A stretch of DNA of 63,266 nt, filler included, from Choristocarpus tenellus KU-1152 (lineage: Eukaryota; Protista; Phaeophyceae): the NCBI GenBank assembly GCA_964200185.2. It is 12 parts of 12 records of this genome, joined end to end, with 100 filler letters (N's around TTAATTAATTAA, not from the genome) between each part and the next. Parts side by side here need not be neighbours in the genome. Positions count along the whole stretch, not along the records: positions 38,237 to 42,364 come from CAXNAD020016074.1; positions 42,465 to 45,578 come from CAXNAD020022225.1; positions 45,679 to 49,364 come from CAXNAD020018527.1; positions 49,465 to 55,834 come from CAXNAD020008285.1; 8 more parts are not named here. One strand, given 5' to 3'. Shown piece by piece: positions 38,995 through 51,531 of this stretch. The notes under the pieces were generated by a model, which did not search any database, had not been told where the DNA came from, and saw only the letters and a program-made list of their open reading frames with translations. Position numbers and translations under genes: made by a program. Position 1 is the first letter of the stretch. The number at the start of each line of letters is the position of its first letter.

Positions 38995-41900
38995 ATCCGC
39001 TTCAGTGTCCTCCATATATATAGCAGAGTCTGCCAGACATCAGGGATCAGGTGAGGCAGAGGAAATGTCAGGAGAGCAGTGATTGGTTCACTATGTGAAA
39101 TGTTCAACACTGATCAGCTGGCAACAAAAAGAACGTGATAGCTGAACTTATGATAATTGGCAAGCTAGTGATAGGGTTGTTGTTACATTAAAAAAAAAAC
39201 GTGGCGTTACAATAAAACAGATTTTCAGTAAGAACAAACAAGATCTTCATCCAAAATGTTTCAACTTCTCATGATGCACATGCTTCAACTAAATTTAATC
39301 AATTTCATTGATTCGATTTAATCAAGTTAATTGAATCAATTTCAAGTCAATTAGACAAAACACTCACGAGCTAATCATTCCCGATACTGCCATAGTAACC
39401 GCCATTTCAACATCAGTGCTGTACATCAGAAGTGACCAAACGAACCAGAACAACACCCTCACAAACAGTCAACATGGATGCAGTACAAGACATAGTTGTA
39501 ACAAACGCACAAAACAAAACCCTCTTGTTAACATCGAAGCTCTACCAAAGGGTATGAAACCCAGTTGACTGGACTAACCAGGGTCAGACTTGCTCATCTT
39601 AGCCTGTCCTTCCTTCAAGCCTGAAAGCATGTGATGTGACAATATGATGGGCTTATGCTTGATCTTGGGCTTGGTCATGTCACAGTACTCCCTTGCCAAC
39701 ATATTCACCTGGATAGCTCATCATCAACGACAGCATCGCCACAGATAGATATAGCAACACCCACATCACGGGAGAAAGAGAGAGGATTCATCGCCTTACC
39801 TACATCTACAAGAAAACCTTTAAAAATGCAGGTACACGATCAATATATTCATTTATCACACAGAAAGCACATTCTCAGAGCAAGTAACCAAGATGAAAGG
39901 TGTACCTTCAAGTCAACATTACAAATTTTCACGGCAAGAGCTAAGGACCCCTTAAGGACGGCGATTACTACAACCATGTGAAAAAAAAATAAACAAAAAA
40001 AGCAAAAACAACAGTGCTCCGACACCAAGCTCCCAAACTCAAGAAGTAGAGGGGCGGGGGGGGTCGGAGTGGAGGCAAGTCAAGGCCATTTGACTCACCT
40101 TACGCTGATCGATTCCCAGCTGACAGATATCTGCCTTGAGGAAGAACACATCTGCACACTGAGGGGCCGGTGGAAGAGAAAAGGGGAAAAAAAAAAAAAT
40201 GAACACCCTAAAAACAAACTCCGAGCAGGTTTCAAGACAACAACGCAACTCTTGGGGCTATTCATGTGGGTTAACCCAGTCGCCCCATTTGTGTTCCTGG
40301 CGGATAAAACGACAAAACATTGAGAGCATTGAGAGCACATCTCGTTCTCATTCCACAAAGAGTCAACAAAAAAACAAAAAAAATAGAAGGGCACCGAGCC
40401 ACAAAATCATTGAAATAAGGGTTAGGGCTAATCTAGACATAAAACATATACCTCAACGAACTTACTCCTGCCACCAATCCCTGCACCCATTCCCGCCCAG
40501 CCACCACTACACAATCCTACCCAAATGCAATCCAAACCCATCAAATGAATTTCTCCTGCCACAATCCCCATCCCAAAGGAGGGATAGGGCGCACCTGCAT
40601 GCAAGGATAAAAGATCTGAGCAGAGTTCATCTCCTCTGTTTCCGAGCGGCCCATGATTTGACAGCAACGTTGTATCCGAGCAAGATTGTTCAATCGAGCT
40701 ACTTCCATCACACGACTCCAGTACTCGGAAGGCCGGGCATTGATCTTCCACACAGCAACAAGGGGGATTGGGAGGGGGGGGGGGGGGAGGGGAAGAAAGG
40801 TTTTAATTAAATTNNNNNNNNNNCCTCACACCACACCACCCCGCACCGAGGAGCGCGGATAGGCAATCCAACACCAAGAACCAGGGGGGGGGGGGGGGGG
40901 GGGGGGGGGAAGGGTAGAAAGGTTCTCATTCAATTTCTATGTTAGATGAGGGCCGAACCAGAAGGTGAGGCTAGGTTCAACATGTTCAAAAGGGAGCATG
41001 GATGGAGGGAGCAGGAGAACGGCTGCTTGATATAGTCGACATGAACTGAACTTCCCTTCAGACTGGCAACGAAATCCTGGGAATGCCAACTGACACCAAT
41101 CCACACAATAATTCTTCAGAGGATGTCAACGTGAGATTTGCACAAACTTTTCTCCCCTTTCTTTGAGAATTACTGAATACAGGCAAGATATTATCAATAG
41201 GAACCCTCTCTGCGAAGGATACCCCCACCAATCCTAACCCTAACCCTAACCCTAACCCTAACCCTAACCCCACTTCATACTCTTATCCAGGATCGCCTAT
41301 GAAACGCCTGCCAACAGAACATGAGAAAAAAGCACAGGATTAAGAAACCCACCACGGCATCTTGTGTGCCTCCCGAACTTCTCTTATGGAGGAGTAGGTG
41401 TGGGCAGTGGCAGGGTGTCTCACCTCTTGACTAGCCCAGAAGAACTCTACGTTGTTCATGTCCATGCCTGCTGCCTTCCATATCTCAATCATATACTTGC
41501 CCACCGTCTTGGAGATTGAATTAGGGATACATCCGCAAAAAGACCATGAGAATAAGTGGTGAAAGTTCAAGGAAGGTCAGTTCGAAACTCACTTTCTCAT
41601 ATTTCTCATATTTCTCATATTTCTCATATTGCGACGCAGGGTTCCAAACTATACTACAAGGAACACACAAGAAGGGAAGGGAAAAATGGGGCGGGGGAAA
41701 ATGGGGTGGGGATCATGCTTAGAGTGGTACTGATACAGACTTGAATTGCAAGTACATCGAGTAGAGATGTTAGAAACAAGTTCAACTTATCAAAAAGAAG
41801 GGAAAAAAGGAAAAGAGCTGTCATCTCCACCCAGTACACACAAGTTACAACCTTCTCAACGACAAACAAACGACAAACAAATAAGGTTATCTCCCAAGGT

Positions 41901-42182
41901 TATCCCAGAGAGAGAGAGAGTACTCTTTCAGTATGTTTGAAGCAGGGCACACAATCCTCTAAGAGCAAACTGCCTGAGGAGAACACAAAGACATGGATTC
42001 ATTTGAAAAAAGGTCTGCACACACGGAGCAACAGCTCTGTGATATAAGAAGGGAGAGGAGTGGGGGATGAGGGGAATACAGAGGAAATTGGATCAACCTG
42101 AATCTTCTTGAGATCACCACCCATCTTGTTGTTCAGCTGGGCAAACCAATCGGCCACCCAGAACTTGAAATGGCACCCAGCT
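38995..42182 (-). CDS. YARS: Tyrosyl-tRNA synthetase, cytosolic (archaeal/eukaryotic, plant/protist type), internal exons
   Basis: Phase-consistent exons 42098-42182, 41424-41507, 40595-40744, 40099-40158, 39579-39708 and 38995-39029: FWVADWFAQLNNKMGGDLKKIQTVGKYMIEIWKAAGM..RCCQIMGRSETEEMNSAQIFYPCMQCADVFFLKADICQLGIDQRKVNMLAREYCD..KPIILSHHMLSGLKEGQAKMSKSDPDSAIYMED (class I KMSKS motif). Confidence 0.96.
41232..41270. repeat. Interstitial telomere-type (CCCTAA)n tract in an intron
   Basis: About six near-perfect units; shorter or degenerate tracts occur elsewhere in the window. Confidence 0.9.
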
Positions 42183-42463
42183 CTGAGAGCAGGGAGGATA
42201 GATACAGTAAACGCAAACCGAGCGAGGGGATTTGAGAGAAGAGACACTTCACATTCAATCTGTGCACAAAAATCGAGAGTAAATACCCAACAATTTCACA
42301 TCTACAGTGCATACACCCCTATCCCCGCTTGGGCAGGGTCCAACCTACATCCCTTCAGTACCACNNNNNNNNNNNNNNNNNNNNNNNNNNNNNNNNNNNN
42401 NNNNNNNNTTAATTAATTAANNNNNNNNNNNNNNNNNNNNNNNNNNNNNNNNNNNNNNNNNNN

Positions 42464-42484
42464 NCCCCCCAGATACTTTGACCC
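42464..42484. mobile_element. MITE family B terminal fragment at contig start
   Basis: CCCCCCCAGATACTTTGACCC. Confidence 0.65.
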
Positions 42485-42691
42485 TTAAGACTGACAGGAA
42501 CGTTGGCTCTCATTCCAGGCAACGTGTAGTCGCAGTGGCCTCGTACATAGTGCCTCGCCCACCCCCAGACCATCTCTATCGGGTTCAATTCACAGTGTCC
42601 TGTAAGGGGCAGGCGACAACTCGGAGCTCATTGGGCATCACAGTGTCCTGTAAGTGGCTTAAACAGTATCAAGCAGAGGTCCGCCCATGTA

Positions 42692-43043
42692 CCATTTTGG
42701 TGGTGACCAATCTTGATTTTCTTGAAAAGGTTGCCCAACGAGTTAATCGTCGATCAGCATATTAAATGAAATCTCTTGATCTAGGCTAATGATTTTCGCA
42801 AAGGAATTATTTCACAAAAATGTTTTTGGTCGTGATCATTCATTCAAAAATATTTTCAAGGTTGTGCCGAAAACATTCGGTTCAAACTTTAACCTTACCA
42901 AAATAATTTCTGAAAGAGTTCCTTTCCGGAAATCGATAGCTATAGATCAAGAGCTTTCATTCGATTATATGCTGATCGTTGTTAAACTTCGTTCAACTTG
43001 TTGGGCAGCCTTTTCAAAAAATTCAAGGCCGGCCAACACTATA
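42692..43043. mobile_element. Foldback / long-TIR MITE-like element (imperfect ~350-bp palindrome)
   Basis: Left arm TTGAAAAGGTTGCCCAACGAGTT..CGATCAGCATAT..TGAAATCTCTTGATCTA..AAAGGAATTATTTCA pairs with right arm TGAAAGAGTTCCTTT..TAGATCAAGAGCTTTCA..ATATGCTGATCG..AACTTGTTGGGCAGCCTTTTCAA. Confidence 0.75.
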
Positions 43044-43149
43044 GTAGACTCGAATTTTATCCAGTAATCTAAGTATTTTTGTAGTGAGAATTCTCAGGGG
43101 CAGACAAGGCGTCCAGTTGACGTTTTGCCGGAAAAAAGAAGAAGAACAA

Positions 43150-43750
43150 CAACAACAATATAGGGAGGGTGGACAAGTACGACCAAATATTGGATGGGGA
43201 CCGAAGGTGTAATGGGTGCTTCAAAAAAGTAATTGAATGAGTGGGGTCGAGAAGCAATGGCTATGGAGGGACAGAGAGAAGAATGGAGCAGAGTCAAAGA
43301 TCTTGGAATGAAGGACGAGGGGTACAGCCTCGAGGCAACTTGTGAGCAATCTTTCCCGGTCACCCACCCCCGAGATTGCTCGCAATTGAGCGGGATGTTG
43401 GGGGAGGGGGGGAGGTTAAGCTCAGGTGGGGTATACGCCTTTGTGGGAGCGGATGAAAGTGTAGTGTTTTGGATGATTGTGGAGTGTTCTTGGATGAACG
43501 TGGAGTGTTGTGGAAGAATGTGGAGAGTCGTGGATGGAAGTGGAGCGTTTTGTGAGGATTGGTTTGAGAGCGGAAAGGCTGGAATTGACAACATTAGTTA
43601 ATGAGTGGATATCATACGCGGATATTGGTATATTGGTTGCGTCTGTGTGGGAGTGGATGCCATACACAAGAATTGATTGCATTGGTTTGGAAGTGGCTAG
43701 ATGGAAAGTGGCCGCATGGTTGGTGTGGTAACAACATGTTGGTGCGGGGT
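43150..43750 (-). mobile_element. Probable LINE 3' remnant
   Basis: QSILVYGI and LYPSSFIPRSLTLLHSSL resemble LINE post-RT motifs (S.L.YG; SFIPR..LWNSL). Confidence 0.4.
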
Positions 43751-44454
43751 TGGCGCGGTAACAAGGTGGTGTTGTGGCGTCGGTAGATGGGTAGTGGAAA
43801 GGATGTGAGGTTGAGAGGGGGGGGGTTAGTTAAGGAAGTAATTCAGAGTTGTTAAGTAAAATGATAATATTACAATCGCGGGGATTCTAACCCTGGACAT
43901 CTGCTTGGGAGGCAGATGTGATTACCACTTCACCACAATTGTTGATGATATATCTATACAATTTCATAGAGTATATAGTTACACAATACCTACCTACCTT
44001 CAGACATCCACACACGTACAAACCACAAACCTTGCTTACGTATACCTTCGACCTCCCAACAACATCGCAGACAGAGACAACACAGCCCCGGATCCCGGAA
44101 CAGACCCTCAAGCAGATTGATAAGACTTTCACCTTGGACCCATCATCAGTGGTGAGACCGATTTACACCCAAGATCGGTCAATCAACAACAGGGCGGGTT
44201 CAAAGAGCCTCAGACTGTTTCCAGAGGTTCAGCCAACCGCTTCATGGCAGAAACAAAGGCTGTTCGCATAGCAACATGCGTTGTAGTACTGTACACGCTC
44301 GCTGTTGTTGTTAGTGCACGTTAACTAAAAAATCTCCTTGTTGCATTGTAGTGTGATTAGAGTGATTCACGAGAGATGGAAAGGAATATTTGAATATTGT
44401 CATGTTGGAGTAATGTTTCTAGGAAATATATATTGTTTGGTAACGCCTAAGATT

Positions 44455-44623
44455 GAATGAAAGTATCTTAGAGGGTACGAGTTTTTCGCTGTTTGTCCAT
44501 TTGGCCGGGACAAGGATATTGACACTTCCTAACAAACACGATAGCCAAAATCACATCAAAATCGCAACATTGGATGTTGGCCCCCAAATGGACACGGCCT
44601 TACCCTCTAAGATACTTTGGCTC
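44455..44623. mobile_element. MITE family A, internally deleted copy
   Basis: Both TIRs present, 169 bp versus ~260 bp; flanks ATT/ATT. Confidence 0.88.
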
Positions 44624-44639
44624 ATTGTTTGCTTGGATT

Positions 44640-45500
44640 TTTATTAAGGGTAGGACAACACCCCCCCCTTATGGATAGGAATCACTATTCCCTGTACCTT
44701 AAATACCATAGTCTACACCATTACCCCCTTCTTTGTGGTGAAGCAGTACAGTCTTTGGTAGCGTGCGAACACAGGCGCATCATGCTAGCTCACTATTGAC
44801 ACTCAATTGCTCAGGGCTGGAGTGCTTGGTTTCCTGTTTTATGGTTTTGTGATGTGGGCACTCGCGCTGCTGACAAGTCCACTATGTAATGCTTTGTCCT
44901 AATCATCATAAATTCACCCTACCCTGCATGCATCGGATCTCACGATATGGAACGCACCGGCCTACAAAGATGCCCCTATGAAGACTGAGTGTGACAGTAT
45001 TGGGCCGACCGTGCCAAAACGGTGCATCTTGTTGTCAGGGGGATCAGTTGCACGGATGGGGGATGAGCGACTACCGTTTGGAGAATTTGCAGATGGAAAA
45101 AGGAAGTCAGAAGGTAGACAGGAGAAGAGCCGGTGTGGGTGTGCCCGCAAGACAACTTTGGCATTCGTCGTGACATGCCCAGTTGAGGGATCGAGAACAA
45201 GGGCAACAAACCAACACAGGTGTCACGAGTGTTTGTTGTGACCGAGCTAAAAAAGAGGTGCATGGACCAGTGGCACTGTAGAGAAGCCGTGATTGCCAAC
45301 GCCCGTCAAGCTAAAGCAGCGCCTGAGCCAACCCAAGCAGATTGGGCCATATCCATACTCACCACTGCCTGTTGAACGTCGCTTTTTCTCACCTGTCTCT
45401 TTCGTTAGGGTTGATTATTTATCACACTCCTCTTTCCCGTGGCCTCATTGATATACGACTGGTGATGTTGGGATTGAATGGACCGGATGTGACACTTGGT
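44640..45500 (+). mobile_element. RTE-clade LINE 3' remnant
   Basis: KTECDSIGPTVPKRCILLSGGSVARMGDERLPFGEFADGKRKSEGRQEK is homologous to the remnant at 13540-13975. Confidence 0.78.
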
Positions 45501-45678
45501 TTTCTATTCCTCTTTTTCCCATTGGACCTGGGGATGTTGACGACATTAATGACGCCCCCCTGTCCCAGCTACAGAGTGNNNNNNNNNNNNNNNNNNNNNN
45601 NNNNNNNNNNNNNNNNNNNNNNTTAATTAATTAANNNNNNNNNNNNNNNNNNNNNNNNNNNNNNNNNNNNNNNNNNNN

Positions 45679-45746
45679 CCCAAGGGAAGCCAAGCCCCAA
45701 ATGGACAAACAGGGCAAAATTCGTACCCTCTAAGATACTCTCACTC
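45679..45746. mobile_element. MITE family A end, inserted in Copia protease, truncated by contig start
   Basis: TACCCTCTAAGATACTCTCACTC abuts the WILDSAASCHM codons. Confidence 0.85.
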
Positions 45747-47628
45747 ATGTGACATGAAGCTGCACTGTCCAAAATCCATTCTTCTTTCTCACGACCAACC
45801 CCAACACTTGACACCAAACATTCGTTTTTCCCACACTTGCCTGGAGCATTGCTGCTCGGAGAGTCCTTAGTGGCGGCCAGTAGTGCGTATCGCTCGATAT
45901 CGCCACAGCTGGTGATACTTTCCACAGTAATGTGGGAAGGATTCACCTTGGTCACGATCTCTTCTTTCCCAGACTGCACTGTAGTTATGAACACCGAAGT
46001 GCATGTTGTAGCATCATGGGCACGTCCACCACACTTGGTGTAAATGCGGTTTGGGCAAACTGTCTTCTCATGTCCATGCTTACCACACCTCTCACAAGGA
46101 ATCTTCTCGGAACTTTTAGGGTTGGAATTAGAACCGTTTTTCTTTCTTCCACCATTAAATTTACGTTCGACGTCGCGACCTTGGCCGTTGGGATGAGTGA
46201 AAGTATCTTAGAGGGTACGATTTTGGCCCTGTTTGTCCATTTGGGTCTTGACTTACCATGGGTGTTTCAGTACATTTTCCTTCTCCAAAATGTTTCGGAG
46301 TGTGTAAAATGTGTATGTTATCAGAAGGTGTGTCCTGAACATCGACATAGATATTTCCTAACACACACAATAGCCAAAATTACATCAAAATTGCAACATT
46401 AGACTTTGGCCCCCAAATGGACGCGGCTGTACCCTCTAAGATACTTTGGCTCGGATGAGACTGACTCTTCCCCTGTGATGAGCTGTTAACAACCAAAGCA
46501 TGGTTGTTCCTGTGACTTGAGTTCTTCCCCTGATGAAGGGAAGCATATCGCTCTCTAGCAGTTTTCTCTACGTCTGCTCGACATTGTGTCCTCTGCGAGG
46601 CTATCATACGTATCTCGGTATCATAATGTGACCCAAGAGCTCTCAGGAACTGCAGGAGCTGCAGCTTGTCCGAGATGATGAGGTCCATTGATAGCATCCT
46701 CCCCCGTAGCTCTTCCATGTGGTTTAAAGTCAGGATCGGATTCGCCCCCTTCTCCACCTTTGAAGTGAAAAACTCACGGAACAAATGTTGGCTATTACCT
46801 GCTGTATTAGGCATGAACCAATTATCTATTGCTTGGAAAAGCTCGCTTGGGCTTTGGTGCGTATAGCACAGAGCCCTGGTGGTGGGTGCAATGAGCGCAA
46901 CAGTAAGTGCATGGTAGGCCTCTTCGGCCATCCAGATATCATTTGCACTGAAGCCGTCCGAGAGAAGTTCCTCGTAGGAGCGTTCTTGATTGACTGGCCT
47001 TTCACTTGTCAATGCAACCAAGCAGTGGGTATATCTGTAATGCACGATGAAACGCCTTCGCCAGTCCCGGTAGTCCGAGTTGTCCAATAGTTTCGGTGGT
47101 TGGGTTCTTGATCTCTTTGTCGTAGGGTTGAACAATATGTGCGCCTGAATTTTTGAGAAATTTTCCCTCAACATGGGTTCCATAGGGCCCACTTCGACTG
47201 GTATGTGCCCAGACAGAGACCATGTGCTGGGCACAGCGACCTGGACGACGGGATGATTTCTGTCGCTGACTCTTTCAGACTGAACCATGAGATTGCCAAC
47301 GTTTCTTGACAACTCCACTACCGTCGCCATGAGCTGTCCGAGTTCTTGGACAGATGGGCCCTCAGAAGGAACAGATTCCCGCAATTCTTGAATCGCATCT
47401 CCTCGTGTAGACATGATGAAATGATGGGTTAGAAACCTAAGGTTCAATATATTGTGTTTAAATAATTAAAAAAGATAAAGGTGATAAACCCAGCGAGATT
47501 GCTTGGTGTCTGTAGAGTGATTGATTAAAGTTAAGTGGGTCATGCAGCACCCCACAAAATCATAAATATTCCATATTATATGAGAATTTTTCTCATACAA
47601 CTAATCACTAGTAAAAGGTTCTGATACC
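45747..47628 (-). mobile_element. Ty1/Copia 5' half: PBS, gag, zinc knuckles, aspartic protease
   Basis: PBS-like GGTATCAGAACC (47617-47628, resembles the tRNA-iMet PBS TGGTATCAGAGC); gag ORF 46453-47414 (DYRDWRRRF..SPSELFQAIDNWF..FLRALGSHYD); two CCHC-like knuckles with a frameshift; WILDSAASCHM. Confidence 0.9.
46195..46452. mobile_element. MITE family A inserted in Copia gag
   Basis: 24-bp TIRs with 2 mismatches, 4-bp TSD GGAT; removing the element restores QSHPNG in frame. Confidence 0.93.
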
Positions 47629-47699
47629 TCAACCACTAATTGATTGTTCCTTTACTCCGTACATATTTTACCGTAACTGTCGGATAGAGTTGGAAAAGT

Positions 47700-47940
47700 C
47701 TAGTCGAACACAGTGCATCGGGGGCCGTGAGGAAAGATACACCCTCTTCGGTGTTCTCGATTCCTCCACCATCGTACTCTCAAGTAGCTGACGAATTTGC
47801 AAGCTTAGAAGCAACCGTTGAAGAGTGCAGCATGAACGATGTTTCGTACCATCTACGGAAAGCAAAGCTGGCTTGGCTCAGTGCAATCGGGGCAAGGGCA
47901 ATCAAACAAGCGGACATTCGAGATTCTTTGGCAGTCACAA
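47700..47940 (+). mobile_element. pogo/Tigger-like transposase C-terminal remnant
   Basis: PPPSYSQVADEFASLEATVEECSMNDVSYHLRKAKLAWLSAIGARAIKQADIRDSL ends in the KQxxIxxF-like tail typical of pogo transposases (recognised by eye). Confidence 0.55.
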
Positions 47941-48302
47941 TTTTTTTATCAGCGAATAAGTTATTTTACTCAGGTGCGTACGATGGGAGGTGTATGACAG
48001 TGCAGCTACATTTGATCCATGGTGGTATTCTTGATAGTGTACTATTTAATATCCCTGTAGAGTGCAATTGAATACGTAGGGAAGGGTATTGGAGGGAGAA
48101 TGACTTTGAACGTTTTGATTTGGTTTGGAACTACGAGTCCTCTCTCCAGCCATCCAATCGCTTGCAGATGCCTTACTTGGGAAGGTGCACTTACACATAC
48201 GAGTGAATACATCGTAATGAGTGTAATTTTACCCAAGTTACAGTACAGTATACATATCATACTGGTATATTGTGGAGGGGTGGTGCAAATGTGGTGCTTG
48301 CT

Positions 48303-48560
48303 GAGTGAAAGTATCATAGAGGGTACGAGTTTTGCCCTGTTTGTCCATTTGGGGCTTGGCTTATCTCGGGGTTTTTTTATGACATTTTCCTACTCCAAAA
48401 TATTTCGGAGTAGGTATAATGTATACGTTATGAAAAGCTATGTCCGGAACAAGGATATTGACACTTCCTAATAAACACGATAGACAAAATTACATCGTAG
48501 TCACAGTATTGGATTTTGGCCCCAAATCGACGCAGCTCTACCCTCCAATATATAAATATT
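48303..48560. mobile_element. MITE family A copy with damaged right TIR
   Basis: GAGTGAAAGTATCATAGAGGGTACGAG..CCCAAATCGACGCAGCTCTACCCTCC; TGCT on both sides. Confidence 0.85.
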
Positions 48561-49628
48561 TGCTGCACCACCACAGCTCCACCGAAATGGACTGACCGAG
48601 GGTAATGTTCAATAAATATCTACGTGGAACTACTCTTGAAGGCACATGGGAAGCACTTATAACAAGGGCGTCGCGCTGTCGTCGTTCTGGAATAAGTATA
48701 AAATGCCTACGACCACTTTTAGTTGATACAAAATAGGTCTCTCTTGTCACGATCCCTCGGTTTAAGAGAAAAGCGCTCTTATATATAATAGGAGAGGATC
48801 GGGATATAAGAGAGTGGTTTTTGCTTGCCCTACTCTCTCTTATATAGGTGCACCAACTGTACCACATTACCACCAGAATTCTTCCACCCACAAACTCAGA
48901 TTACTTCATGAACTTTCCCATTTGGTAAAGAAAAACACTGAAGTGGTCCCAGTAGCTTCGCCCTCGGGAACATCTCCGGTGCAATTTTGAAGGTCCTGAC
49001 TTCAAAATGGACAAAAATGAAGTGGTTGGCTGAACTCCTCCCAAAAACCTGATTCAAGGTAGGTCACTGCCAAAGTTTGGCCGCTGTGGCGATACTGAAA
49101 AAAACCCAAGATTTTCCGGACATCCTTTTAACGCCTTTTGTGTGAGCACACACACGTGTAACTTACACAGAAACATAAACCATGGCGGTGAGTCAAGGAG
49201 AGCGACCGAGACCACTCTGCCCCCTGGATCTACCCTTGGCACCTTCTCTGTCGAGAGGCGACGGAAAAGCAAGTACCGTGTGACACTCAGTGCGATGTTA
49301 GGTGATGAGAAAGTGTGAGTAGTGTGGTGCAGCAGCATGATCAAATCGCACAATGGACCACGGGNNNNNNNNNNNNNNNNNNNNNNNNNNNNNNNNNNNN
49401 NNNNNNNNTTAATTAATTAANNNNNNNNNNNNNNNNNNNNNNNNNNNNNNNNNNNNNNNNNNNNAACCACTAATCAGGTACTTCAGCACTATCAAATATT
49501 GTACTACTGCCGTCCTTATCTTCCCAACTACCTATTCCTGTGCCTCTGGGGGGGGAGCTCATATCATTTTAGAATTAGTAAATTATAAGGATCTTTAGTA
49601 GACTGTTCTAAATATATCACTCCTCTTG

Positions 49629-49647
49629 TTACTACTACCACTCACTG

Positions 49648-49683
<36 letters not shown>

Positions 49684-49690
49684 ACTACTT
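49629..49690. repeat. (CTA)n microsatellite
   Basis: Direct inspection. Confidence 0.9.
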
Positions 49691-51531
49691 CTATAATATA
49701 TCTGTGTCCGTAGGCTCAATATGTGACTGTGTTGTGTGAATTTAGATGAGGTGATCCTCTAAAAACCTCAATGGCAAATTTATCCTCTCACCTCGAAATC
49801 GGGTAATTCTGCTTTTGGAAGGCGATTGAGGTTAAATCTTGCGAAGAATAGCATTACATCGAAGGACTAGTGACCCTCCGTCGCCCCCAGGAGGGGCTGA
49901 TTGCCCGGCAACTCATTTGTTTGCTGGCTGTGGCTGCCTCTCCTGGCACTTCCGCAGCAATCGTTGTTGGTGTCAAGGAGTCCTGAGCTGCACCCGTGGC
50001 CTCAGGGGAGGATCGTGACTAGAGGGTCGTCGGCTGGCGTGCAGCTAGTACGCGAAGCCTTGGCGGAGTGGCGCACGTGTCGGATTATTTAATAACCTTG
50101 GAGAAGCAGGTGGGTTTTTCTCAGATCTCAACACATTGGGAGGAGGTACATATCAGAAGCTCTATCTTAAACAAGATCGATCAGATAGTTGGACTAGTTG
50201 GAAGCGTTGTCGAGAGGAGAGAAAATGAGATCCAGATACATGGGCGTTGTTGTCACGTTCGTGGACCCATCTCCAGGCGTCGAACTCGGGCGAATGAGGG
50301 TGCTCTGTAGAGCTATTGCGTTATGGAAGGATGGTGAAGGGAAACGGCGACCAAACGATGATTGCAGTGGCACCTCTTTTGGGGCTGTTGTTCATTAGAT
50401 TTTAGGCGAACATGTAGAGAGAGTGAGACAATAGCCACACCTTCAAGGACTGGTGACAATCAAACACCAATGGTCCAAAATGTGTTTGTCCAGATCTCTA
50501 TCAGGTACACGTCAAGGAGTGTGAATGACCTCTGTTGCATTATCTTAGAGATTTGCTACTAATCAGGCCAAGTCAAGATGCTTGAGTAATGAATGCTTTG
50601 CTCTCCCAATACGATTCGCTGATGGCATTGCCATGTCGCTTTGATGAACACAATATTTGCTTGACCGGAGTGTGAGCTTGCACATTTGTCAGCATCCGTC
50701 ATCAACATGAAAGGGCCTTGCGTGGTGTAGAAGCCCAGCTCTCTCAGTAACCCTTTCAGATGTTTTGCATAAATCTGACCACTATTGTGTCGGTTGCGTT
50801 CCGGTGGAAACACACAATATCCCTTATCAAACCGTTACTTGTAGATTAATGCTAAAGAAAGATGGAGAGAACTTTAAAGCACAGCATGCTGTAGTCACTG
50901 CAACAGCAGAGAAGGTGATGTTTTTCCTACTTGTATCCATCGCAGACAAGTAATTGGGGTACATCCACTGATTATGTATCTGCAAGGATATTTTGTCCTA
51001 GACAAGCAATTCCTCTGTAAATTACAGTGGTAAAGTGAGCTCTGATGAACAAGTGTTACACCAGTGCATCTTGTGTCTGGTTCCTCAACTTTTCCTTTTT
51101 GAATGCTTGAAGTATCAAACCAAAAAAAGATTATCCACTGATTGAAATCTTGGTGACCCCCCCCCCCCTTCCTCTGCATGGATACCAAAGGAGGACAGAA
51201 TAGAAACAAACTTTTGGTGCTGCACAGACGTGGCAGGGTGGGGGAGGTGTGGGACTGTTTCAAAAAGCAACTGCTCAAAGATCTACCAGGGGGAATTGGT
51301 GACAACAATATTTTTAAGAGTGTGGGGTTGGGGGGGGTAGGGGGGGGTGGGGGTTAGGGTCGGGGGGGTGGGGGTGGTGGTGGTAAGGGGTAAAACCTTG
51401 GGGCATGGATATGTGCTTGGGTACAGCCTGAATAAGACTCAGGGATAGTACCAGAGTTCTAGGTAGCCTTAGACAAACTAAACAAATAACATTTTGTGTA
51501 TTTGAAGTTGAGGTGAAGCAAGCTTAGCACC

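Noticed and set aside
38995-42182. TyrRS as a giant-virus-derived gene
   Set aside because: It is intron-rich with canonical splice sites and no viral genes nearby, so it is an ordinary nuclear housekeeping gene.
49900-50820. Possible degenerate Copia RT/RNase H or recombinase
   Set aside because: Only weak motif hints (LKGLLRELGF) are present, too decayed to support a call.
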